From positions 62,001-126,000 of the forward strand of contig CAXHJY010000152.1 of assembly GCA_964016885.1 (NCBI GenBank): DNA of 64,000 nt, in the 5' to 3' direction. The stretch comes from Eledone cirrhosa (lineage: Eukaryota). The notes under the pieces are model-generated. The model made no database searches. It was not told where the DNA came from and saw only the letters and a list, made by a program, of their open reading frames with translations. Positions 39,173-50,216 of the stretch are shown in pieces (within the stretch, counting starts at the first letter, position 1; each line of letters begins with the position of its first letter). Made by a program: the position numbers and the translations under genes.

Positions 39173-42100
39173 CTCAATGTCAAAGATAAATTCACCTACT
39201 GTTGCCGGACGAGAATGCAAGGACTCCTCTTTATTTCAGACACGGATGGCTAACATAACCCCGTCCCCCCTCACTGCGCCTCCAACCCATCCCTTCCATC
39301 CACCGAACGAAATCCAAAACTTCAGAGTTGATACCATGAATGTAGGCACCATAAAAGGTCGCTCAAATGAGGTTGTAGAGATGCTTGAATGTAAGGAAGT
39401 TGATGTTTGTTGTGTTCAAGAGACCAGGTGGAGGGGTGGGTCTGGTAGATTCATTGTGGGTAAAAAATGGTACTATAAACTTTTCTGGGTGGGAAATGAC
39501 AATGGGCTGGGTGGAGTAGGAATCATGGTAGTAGAAAAATGGGTAATAAGGTAATTGCCGTAAATAGAGTGAACAGCAGAATAATTAAAATAAGACTAGT
39601 CCTAAACAGAACTACAGTGACAATAATATCCGCTTATGCACCCCAATCTGGACTACCTGGCGTTATAAAAGACAGATTCTATGAGTCGCTAATGCTCACT
39701 ATCTCCAAAATAACCGACGGTGACTACATAATTATTGCTGGTGACCTAAATGGTCATGTTGGACAACATTGTGATGGCTATGACAGAATCCATGGAGGCT
39801 ATGGGTTTGGTACTAGAAATGAGGAAGGCTTCAGAATCTTGGAATTCTGTGACGCTAATAACCTATCTGTAACACAAACTTCAAAAAATGAGACAATCAC
39901 TTGATCACCTATAGATCAGATAGGTTATATCCTTACCAGAAGACGTGATAGTGTCTCCCCCATGAAGAATGCATCTCCCAACATAGCCTCATAGTCAGGA
40001 CTAGATGTACTCGGCAACAGAAGAGGACTACCCAGAGTAGAAGAATATGGAAGTTAAAGCACCCCACAGCCAGTAACAAATTTAAAAGCATATTACTTGA
40101 TGCTTTTGACAGTAAGGAAGAGCAATTAGAGTCGTACAATATAGAGGAACAGTGGGAATTCCTGAAAGTTAACCTGCTGAAGGCAACAGATGAAATCTGT
40201 GGCTGGAGCAGACCTATATGCATGAGGAGAGTAACTTGGTGGTGGAACAGTAAGGGGGAGTAGTCAATCAAGACCAAAAAGCAGGCTTGGAAAGTATGGC
40301 AGGATGGGGGAAATAGAGAACACTATCAAGTGGCCAGGAGAGAAGCTAGGAGACAAGTGTACTTTTCAAGAAGGGAAGCAGAGGGAAGAAAGTTCAAGCA
40401 TATTCTACAACGCAAGGACCAAAAACGTGAGGTGTTTAGGATTGCAAGACAATGTGTCAAGGAAAACCGTGATATTGTCGGGGAGAAGTGTGTCTGTAAT
40501 GATGATGGTGTACTTGCCCTCACTGATACTGATAAGAAGGTAGCTTGGAAGTGCCACTACGAGAGACTACTAAATGAGGAGAATAAATGGGAAAAAGATA
40601 GTCTGCCCCAAATCGATCCAATAGAGGGACCAGCAGTGCAAGTTGAAGGTAGTATAATAAGTAAGGCAATCAAAGATATGAAGACAGGCAAGGCATCTGA
40701 ACCTTCGGAGATAGTTGCTGAAATGCTGAAAGCATCTGGAATGGTGGGACACACTATGGTCACCCGGATAGTAAACCAAGTCAAACAGAATGGGGTCATA
40801 CCAAATGACTGGCATAGCAGCATCATCATTAACTGCTACAAGGGTAAAGCAGATGCCCTAGATAGGGGAAACTATCGAGGCATTAAATTGATTGATCAGG
40901 TCATGAAGGTCACAGAAAGAGTTATAGCGCAACTAATCAGAGAGCGAATTGATCTAGATGAAATGCAGTTTGGGTTTGTGTCAGGTAAAAGTAACACGGA
41001 CGCTCTTTTCCTTGTACGACAACTACAGGAGAAGTACCTAGCTAAAAGTAAACCCCTATACTTAGCTTTTGTTGACTTGGAGAAAGCCTTTGACCAAGTC
41101 CCACGCTCCATTATCTGGTGGGCTCTTAGAAAACTAGGTGTTGTATAAAGAAACAATCAGCAAGGTTAGAATTAACAACAAATATAGTGAAGAATTTAGC
41201 GTAAAAGTTGGTGTTCATCAAGGCTCTGTCTTTAGCCCCCTCCTATTTATTATTGCCCTTCAGGCTATAACAGAGGAGTTCAAGACCGACTGCCCATGGG
41301 AACTTCTATACGTAGATGATCCAACTCTCATAGCTGAATCGATGGCTGAACTAGAGAAGAAATTCCGAAGATGGAAGCAAAGCCGAGAATCAAAAGGCCT
41401 TAAAGTTAACTTGTCTAAGACTAAAATTCTAGTATATAGAAAGGAAAATAGGGTACAAGTACCCTCTGGGAAATGGCCATGTTCAGTGTATAGGGAAGGA
41501 GTAGGCAGAAATTTCATTTTATGTCCCAAATGCAAACTATGGGTAGATAAAAGATGTAGTGGGATCACAGGTAAGCTATCTAAGAACGTAGATTTTATAT
41601 GTGGCCGATGCAATAAGTAGCAAGTGCCCACAGGATACTAGCTCCTTCTATTGCCCAGATGGTTCTGTAGAAATAGTGGACACCTTCTGTTACCTGGGTG
41701 ACAAAATCAGCAGTGGTGGAGGGTGCTCTGAAAGTACAGTAGCCAGAGTCAGAACAGGATGGAAAAAGTTCAGAGAGCTTATACTACTGTTGGCCACTAA
41801 AGGTTTCTCCCTAAAAATGAAAGGCAGATTGTATGATGCCTGTATACAAACAGCAATGTTACATGGCAGTGAGACATGGGCTTTGTGTGCAGAGGATCTG
41901 CGCAGACTAGAGAGGAATGAAGCATCCATGCTCCGTTGGATGCGCATAATAGTAATATACGCAAATGGCAAAGCATAAATGAACTAAGTGAGAAATTAGG
42001 AATAAGAGGGATCAGATGATGTTTACTCGAAAGAAGACTACGTTGGTATGGTCACGTGATGCGCATGAAAGATGACAGTTGTATTAAAAAAGTGCAGGGC

Positions 42101-42663
42101 GATCAAAATTGATGGAAGTTACGGAGTAAGTAGACCCAGAAAAACCTGGGACGATTTGATAAATTCTGACCTTACACACTTACACCTCTCTAAGACAATG
42201 TCACTGGACTGAGAGCTTTGGCGCTACGCAGTAATACAGAAGACCCACCTTGTCTATGTACAAAGCGAAACTTACAGTCAGTAGGCACCTCTTAACCAAA
42301 TATATATCCCATCCCACTACCCCTACTCCACCCACCCCACTCCCACCAACATCACCCTTTCTCTATAAAGTTATGTTGGTACCACAACATCCAGTCCAAA
42401 ATAAATGAGGCCGTGTAGGTGTCACGACAAAAAAAACACAGTCCATGCTATAATGTGGCCGTGAAGGTAACACAGTAAAAACCTCCCAATCCACACTGTA
42501 AACGTGGTTGGTGTTAGGAAGGGCATCCAGCCGTAGAAAACCTGCCAGACAGTCCTATACGAGCGAGACATGGTCACTTGACCAATCTTGCCTCAAGTAG
42601 GACAATTACCATCTAAACCCATGCGAGCATGGAAGATAGACATTAAACGATGATGATGATGAT
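39173..42663 (+). mobile_element. Near-full-length RTE-clade LINE (APE endonuclease, RT, Cys-rich PHD-like insert), pseudogenised, antisense in a ZNRF intron
   Basis: APE motifs TMNVGT, CVQETRW, SAYAPQ, AGDLNGHVG. RT motifs NYRGIKL, QFGF, FVDLEKAFD, GVHQGS..SPLLF, YVDD. Cys-rich CSV..GVG.N.I.C..C..WV..RCSG. Multiple frameshifts and stops; (GAT)n tail. Confidence 0.96.
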
Positions 42664-42852
42664 ACTATAAAATATACAGCTTTGCAACATAGAACCAGTG
42701 GCTGTTACAGACAGTTTGGTATCAAAAGAATTAAGTATGGTAAAAACTCTTGACATGTTTCTGACTTATTAGAGCTCCTTAGCAAAGTAAAGTGCTACTA
42801 ATACTTGCCAGATGTTTCACCAAGTCAACAAGTAGTTAAAGCAGAGACTTAC

Positions 42853-42948
42853 CGTTATAACTAATCCTTGGTTTTGTAAGACATATAACAAGATGGCATT
42901 CTAATTCATCTGCAGCAACTGATTTGGAACAAACAGGACACTTAATGC
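42853..42948 (-). CDS. ZNRF1/2: ZNRF1/ZNRF2-like E3 ligase, zinc-finger (UBZ-like) exon (96 bp)
   Basis: Acceptor tttctcttcag|GC and donor G|gtaagt. Translates (G)IKCPVCSKSVAADELECHLVICLTKPRISYN(E), matching the ZNRF motif G.KCP.CSK.V..DE...H...CL.KPR..YN. Confidence 0.97.
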
Positions 42949-43066
42949 CTGAAGAGAAAGAAGAAAAATGAAAATACATTGAGAAATTAAAACTAATTTT
43001 GTTTAAAATAAATCCAACAGTGGATAACAGCCTATATAATCCCCTCTTGGTCCTATAGTTCTGTGA

Positions 43067-43246
43067 TTAACCCTTTAGCATTTAAACCGGCCCTATCGAG
43101 TCAGATTTCTCTCATCAAACCAGCTGTAACTGGCTGATCATAATAAATAATATTAAAATCTCATAGATTCGATATTATGTGAGGTAAAGTGTTTACCTTG
43201 AAAATACAATAGTAAATATAGAATAATGTAAATACTAAAGGGATAA
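43067..43246. mobile_element. piggyBac-like MITE, family 2, flanked by a 68-bp direct repeat
   Basis: ttaaccctttagcattta...taaatactaaagggataa termini; flanks 43003-43070 and 43243-43310 are direct repeats. Confidence 0.8.
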
Positions 43247-44174
43247 AATAAATCGAACAGTGGATAACAGCCTATATAATCCCCTGGTGGTCTTATAGTT
43301 CGATGATAAAGCCAGGCTATTTGATGGTTTGAACCCCAAGGCAGAATTTGAAGTCAGAACACAAAGTGTCACAAAAGATACTGCAAGACATCTCATCTGA
43401 CACTAACAATTCCACCAGTTTATATAGCTCACTGTGAAAATGTAACCCTTTTCATGTTTTTAATGAAATACACTACTGATGTGTTTCAATTAATTTTGAA
43501 TATAATCAAAGATTTGGAAGGATTTAGTAATATAACTAACTTTCTCATTAGTAAATGGATGTTTGGAACATTACTCACCTTACATAAAATTATGTTGGAA
43601 GGTTATAATAAAATTTGCACACTTTAACCTTTTTGTTACCATATTTCTAATGAAAGACACTGCCAATATATTTCAGTTCATTTTGAAAATAATCAGAAAT
43701 TTGGAGGGATTTAGTAAAATAGCTGGTGCTTGGAACATTTCTTAACAAAAATCTCTCAAATGAAATTATGATGAAAGTTTTTTCGTTTTTATTAAATGGC
43801 TAGTTTTGTATTTAAAAAAAATAGGGGCAGTTCCAGGTGAGTTGGAATAAAAAGGGTTAATGAAACAGGTTTCATTCACACTTTCATCCACACAGTGTGT
43901 GCGTGTGTGCAGAAAAAAGGGTAAAGACCCACTTCAATCATGAGTGAGCATGGAATTTACACCTAGAGAGTTCCCTTCCAAAGCACAAGTCCGAGCAAGG
44001 TTGTTCAGAAAAGACAATGGCCGATACAGCTTGACAACAGAGACATTGCAACTCATTTCTACAGCTGAGTAAACTGGAACAAATTATCTGAGAATCAAAC
44101 TCACTTCATGATTGTAAGCCCAACCCTCTAACCACTAAGCCATATGCCTTCACGTACGCGTGTGCATGTGCGTG

Positions 44175-44210
<36 letters not shown>

Positions 44211-45804
44211 AAGTAACAAGATATCATTTGAGGTTATCCAAGGTCAGGTTACAAGTAATCTGTACCAAGTATTATTTCAGCATACGGTGGTAGTTGACTT
44301 AGGTTTTTCAGAGGGTAGATTCCTGAAAGTTCCGTGATTAGTAGTTCGTGGAGTATTAATAACAGGTTAAAAGGATGATTAACATGGATACGTGTTGGAA
44401 TAAACCCTGTTATATTGCTTATCCGTGTTAATCATCTTTTTAACTGTTATATATATATATATATATACTAAAGACATAGGTAAGGGTCACATTTGACTTC
44501 AGATTCAATTGCTTTTATTCACACATTGTTTATACAGTAATAATTGTTTCTACTTTTGGCACAAGGCCAGAAAATACCCAGTACATTACTGGTACTTTAT
44601 TTTATCGGCCCCGTAAGGATGAAAGGCAAAGTTAACCTCGCCGGGATTTAAACTCAGAACATAAAGGGTCATAACTCCATGCTGAAAAGCATAGTGTGTG
44701 GAAGGCGTAGGTTTAATACACTCATACTTAACTCCAGTGTTACTCAATTTTATCCATACAATGTATATACCAAGATAACAATAGCTAAATTGCAACTCAT
44801 TCATCTGTTATCAAATCAGAATACTAGGATAAAGATATTGAGATAATGATTAACAAAAACACACATCATATATATATATATATATATATAGATATGGTGA
44901 CAAGAATTAAATGAGTCAGCAGCACTGTCAATTCTTAATTTCAACATTTCCTGTTAACTACACAGAACGTTTATTGGTATACTATTTACTAGTTTCAATC
45001 AGTCATTGTCACCAGTTCAAGGTGAAATGATCAAGCCCAAGCAGTGAAGTTATTGGATTACTAGGAAATGAATCTACAATTCAAATCCACTATATGGGCA
45101 CAGAATTAATGTGTAAAAACAAAATTTTATATTGTGCTTCTTTGTGTATAATACAACTTGAGTATAATATCATCCCTGCTTCTGAAACTACAAATTAGTA
45201 ATGCATATTCTTGTGTATAATACGACACTTGTTTCTGAAGCTAAAAGCATGGTGAATAAATTACATCCTTGTATATTATACAACCTACCTCAGAGTTATA
45301 TTACTGATATATCAAATACCATTTGTAAACATTTGTTAACACAAATTTGCCATTTTGCCATTTGAAATGAGTATTTTTAAGCTTAGTAAAAAATTTCAGA
45401 AAACGTGTACTCATGTTTAATAAGACTCCTCATAATTTTCCCTTAATTTTAATTCAAAAATGTTCATGTTATATACAAGAAAATATGATAAATATAATCG
45501 AAGAATAGATTTTTAAAATGAAAGCTAACAATCCATGCTGAACCTGAAACTGTATGGATCTATATGGATTTTAACTACTTGTAAAACATTTTATAGGATA
45601 AATTTTGACAAACATATATAGTGTGTATATAGTGTAAATATAGTGTCTATATGAGTTGCAACATTTGTGCCAAGCTATATCAACCTTTGTCTTTCCATTG
45701 GACGACATAATGACATGGAGATAAGGGACTACTGCTCTTCCACAACACTCTTTGCCCTTGCCCAGGCATATATTTTGGAGAGGAAGTTTGCATGTGAATT
45801 ACAT

Positions 45805-46060
45805 TAACCCTTTTGATACCAACCTGCCTAAAACGACCCTTAGTTTTATGATACAAAACCGTTGGTTTTAAGGCGTTTATATTTATCTAAAAATCTTCCA
45901 TCTTAATTTTAGGTAAGAACCTTTGTTATGCTCCAAACAGTCAGCTTAATAATGAGAAAGTTATTTTACTAAATCCCCACAAAAACTCTTGATTATTTTC
46001 AATATGATATGAAAATCAGACAGTGTCTTTCATTACAAATGTAGTAACAAAAGAGCTAAA
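45805..46060. mobile_element. piggyBac-like MITE, family 1 (representative of many copies)
   Basis: TTAA-CCCTTTTG termini and a shared body with ccatatttctaatgaaagacact and tttagataaatataaacac. Copies near 19320, 23600, 25260, 25960, 37917, 38986, 43626, 51385, 53555 and 60754. Confidence 0.8.
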
Positions 46061-47602
46061 GGTACGTCTGACTGTAGAATCCTCAACCACATTAACTCTC
46101 AAGTCAGATGTTCAGGTGATCAAATGACTTATTGGAACTGACAGATGTTACATCATTATTCGAAGTTTGTACTCATGGTTCATAAACTAGGACTGATATT
46201 TGACAGGTTTAAGTTGGTACAATTCTATAGTAAGTCTAGACTCTATAAAAAGTAAACATGGTGAGAACCCAGACACTACACTACATGGTAGTTGAAATCA
46301 AATGGAGATATAGGGTTTGCAGGGACTCTTCAATCCGGGCTAGCATGACAACCTCTTTAATGCTGATGCCATGATAAATTGGTCCCAGTACATACTGTAA
46401 AGTGTTAATGTTGGTACTATGAAAATATATAACCAGTCCACTCTATGTAATGGTAGTGCTGGTGTCATGTAAAATACACCAGGCATACTCTCTAAGGTGG
46501 TTGGCATTATAAAGGACATCCCACCATAGAAATCATGCCAAATATGGAATGTAAATGAGCAAGACTGGTTGCTCCACCCTGACTGGTCACGGACTATGAC
46601 AACTCATCCAACCCATGCCAATGTGGAAAGTGGAGGCAAAATGATGATGATAATGAAGATGATATAAACTAGATCTTGTTCAAAGATATGTAATATAGTA
46701 TATAACTTTATCACTTTATTCTAAGCTCTACTGACAGGATATGAGAGAGGATAATCAATAAGATTATCTTCTTCTCAAGCATATATCATAATAGTCTTTG
46801 TTTAAACAAGTCTTTTCAGTAATATTGTAATATTCATTACTTCTTTGCTTCCATTTTGATAAAAACACTCAGCTACCGCATCACCATCATCATCATCATC
46901 ATTTAACACCCGTTTTCCCTACTAGCAATGGTTGGATATGTGTCATCACAAATTAAGTCAGTACTTAATCGGAGTCACTGAACTCTCAGCTGAGCTGGGG
47001 TTCACATCTTGCTTATATATGTTCCTGCATTCTACAGAGCATGCTAAGTGCATTTTATTGTGGACCCAGGGAGACTGTCATGTTTTTGACAACAGAAGAG
47101 TGCTCTCTACCCTTGTTTTGGAGAGTTTTCTACAACTGGATGCCCTTCCTATCACTTTACAGAGTGTACTGGGTGCACTTTATGTCACCAGCACTGGAAA
47201 GGTTGTGCCTTTGATACAACTGAAAAGCCCTTTTGACAAGGTTTTATAGCTGGATGTCTGATTATGTTTCTTTCTGATGATGAAGGGGCTCCTATAATTA
47301 AAACATCCAAGAAACCTCCTTTGAGATACAACCTCATATGAGGCCAGCTAAATCTCCACAGGTATGACCTATAAATTTCATTTAATTTCTGGTTATGGTT
47401 TCAAACATTTACTTTTCTGCATGCCATAGTTATGTGGGTAATAAGTTCACCTTCCAAATTCATGGTTTCAGGTTTGATCTCACTGCACGGTCCCTTTGGC
47501 TAGTGTCTTCCAGTATAGCCTCAGATTGACCAATACCTTGCAAGTGAAATTTGATCAATAAAAACTGTGTGGAAGCTTGTCACACACACACACACATATA
47601 TA

Positions 47603-47802
47603 TGAAGGCACATGGCTTAGTGGTTAGAGCATTGGCCTTGCAATCGAAAGGTTGTGAGTTCAATTCTCAGACCGGGTGATGTGTTGTTTCCTTGAGCAAG
47701 ACACTTTATTTTACATTGCTCCAGTTTACTCAGCTGTAGAAATGAGATGATAGGGACTGGGGTCCATATCATTCCACTGCAAGGTGGTCATGGAAGTGCC
47801 AC
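47603..47802 (+). mobile_element. SINE family A, 3'-truncated by the satellite
   Basis: Intact head and CORE-like body; stops at ggaagtgccacag, where the 34-bp array starts. Confidence 0.9.
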
Positions 47803-49268
47803 AGGCTGTGACAACTATAACTCAACTACTACACAGGCTGTGACAACTATAACTGTCAACTACTACACAGGCTGTGACAACTGTAACTGTCAACTACTAC
47901 ACAGGCTGTGACAACTGTAACTGTCAACTACTACACAGGCTGTGACAACTGTAACTGTCAACTACTACACAGGCTGTGACAACTGTAACTGTCAACTACT
48001 ACACAGGCTGTGACAACTGTAACTGTCAACTACTACACAGGCTGTGACAACTGTAACTGTCAACTACTACACAGGCTGTGACAACTGTAACTGTCAACTA
48101 CTACACAGGCTGTGACAACTGTAACTGTCAACTACTACACAGGCTGTGACAACTGTAACTGTCAACTACTACACAGGCTGTGACAACTGTAACTGTCAAC
48201 TACTACACAGGCTGTGACAACTGTAACTCAACTACTACACAGGCTGTGACAACTATAACTGTCAACTACTACACAGGCTGTGACAACTGTAACTGTCAAC
48301 TACTACACAGGCTGTGACAACTGTAACTGTCAACTACTACACAGGCTGTGACAACTATAACTGTCAACTACTACACAGGCTGTGACAACTGTAACTGTCA
48401 ACTACTACACAGGCTGTGACAACTATAACTGTCAACTACTACACAGGCTGTGACAACTGTAACTGTCAACTACTACACAGGCTGTGACAACTGTAACTGT
48501 CAACTACTACACAGGCTGTGACAACTGTAACTGTCAACTACTACACAGGCTGTGACAACTGTAACTGTCAACTACTACACAGGCTGTGACAACTGTAACT
48601 GTCAACTACTACACAGGCTGTGACAACTGTAACTGTCAACTACTACACAGGCTGTGACAACTATAACTGTCAACTACTACACAGGCTGTGACAACTATAA
48701 CTGTCAACTACTACACAGGCTGTGACAACTGTAACTGTCAACTACTACACAGGCTGTGACAACTGTAACTGTCAACTACTACACAGGCTGTGACAACTGT
48801 AACTGTCAACTACTACACAGGCTGTGACAACTGTAACTGTCAACTACTACACAGGTTGTGACAACTGTAACTGTCAACTACTACACAGGCTGTGACAACT
48901 GTAACTGTCAACTACTACACAGGCTGTGACAACTGTAACTGTCAACTACTACACAGGCTGTGACAACTGTAACTGTCAACTACTACACAGGCTGTGACAA
49001 CTGTAACTGTCAACTACTACACAGGCTGTGACAACTGTAACTCTCAACTACTACACAGGCTGTGACAACTATAACTGTGTCAACTTCTACACAGGCTGTG
49101 ACAACTATAACTGTGTCAACTTCTACACAGGTTGTGACAACTGTAACTGTGTCAACTTCTACACAGGTTGTGACAACTGTAACTGTGTCAACTTCTACAC
49201 AGGCTGTGACAACTGTAACTGTGTCAACTTCTACACAGGTTGTGACAACTGTAACTGTCAACTACAAC
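47799..49268. repeat. 34-bp tandem satellite, about 43 units, with 36-bp variants at the right end
   Basis: Unit acacaggctgtgacaactgtaactgtcaactact. Confidence 0.97.
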
Positions 49269-49270
49269 AC

Positions 49271-49418
49271 AAGAGTCAATATGCCATCAAATTAACATGT
49301 TTCAACCAATAGATATTCATCCTGAGGATGTGAGATTATAAAATTTATTTTATAATCTCACATCCTCAGAATGAATCTATCAGTTGACACGTGTTAGTTT
49401 GATGGCATATTGACTCTT
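49271..49418. repeat. 148-bp near-perfect inverted repeat
   Basis: aagagtcaatatgccatcaaa...ctgaggatgtgagattataaaat t attttataatctcacatcctcag...tttgatggcatattgactctt. Confidence 0.95.
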
Positions 49419-49614
49419 TGGTGCTTCTTATTCTTTATATATCAGCTCTGCATGAACCCTACTGCATTGAGCTTTAAACTCTCTGGTTAAGTCTATGCCC
49501 AATAATAACACTTATTAAAGTTATACATATATATATATTGGGTCGTTAAGTATGAAATTTTTTTTTATTTTACTACAAATTTTATACTTGACAAGCCTAC
49601 CTACATACATACAT

Positions 49615-50216
49615 GGTGGCTGCCAATTCGTTTTCGAGTACGGCCACTACTTTATATCCATGTAGGAGAACCCCTACCGATGCGCTGAACGAATGTGACT
49701 TTTTAGTCCAGCCAGCGACTTGAAAACTCTGGCACAAACACTACACTTGTGACAATTATTGACACAGTGCTGGGCCCATGGTACCATGTGACGATAAGTG
49801 CAGAGAGATCTCCAGATACAAAGCAATGCCTGTGCCGTGAAGCTTTTATAGTGAGCAAAGGCACTGCACAAAGCCAGTCACACTCTCTTAACCAAGATGA
49901 TATTTACCAAAAAGAAGAACAAGTCAACATCATTGGATACCATCAGGGTTGCAGGTGTTATATCAGAGTTTTCCTTCTCCTAGAATTCTGCCTTGACAAA
50001 GGCTAAGGAGTCATCTCTCCCGGTGATTTTGGATGGCCATTGACTCTTAAGAGCTCCTTTGCCCTTTGACAGGTTTTGTTTTTAGTCCTGCAGGATGTCC
50101 AGTCACCCTCCTCACCAAGAAACCTTGGTGGGGTTGCCAGTTTAGTCGCCAATGACCCGACCATGAGACAGGTTGTACTGGGATACATGTTACCAGTAGC
50201 ACCAACTGGTGACCTG
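49615..50216 (-). mobile_element. Internally deleted (bipartite) RTE-like element: 5' UTR fused to the C-terminal C2H2 finger and 3' tail
   Basis: Minus strand has RTE-like 5' UTR motifs (ggcgactaaactggcaacccc, ctaggagaaggaaaactctga), then CSVCARVFKSLAGLKSHIRSAHR*. acatacatacatg is on both flanks. Confidence 0.6.

Noticed and set aside
39177-41978. Active LINE or domesticated reverse transcriptase gene
   Set aside because: The ORF is broken into at least five pieces by frameshifts, stops and deletions.
47799-49312. CRISPR-like 34-bp repeats and Cys-rich or mucin-like ORFs
   Set aside because: Pure head-to-tail tandem array with no spacers; the ORFs arise only from the 36-bp variant units.
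49674-49871. Host C2H2 zinc-finger gene
   Set aside because: A single finger followed by a stop and a simple-repeat tail fits a LINE ORF C-terminus better.
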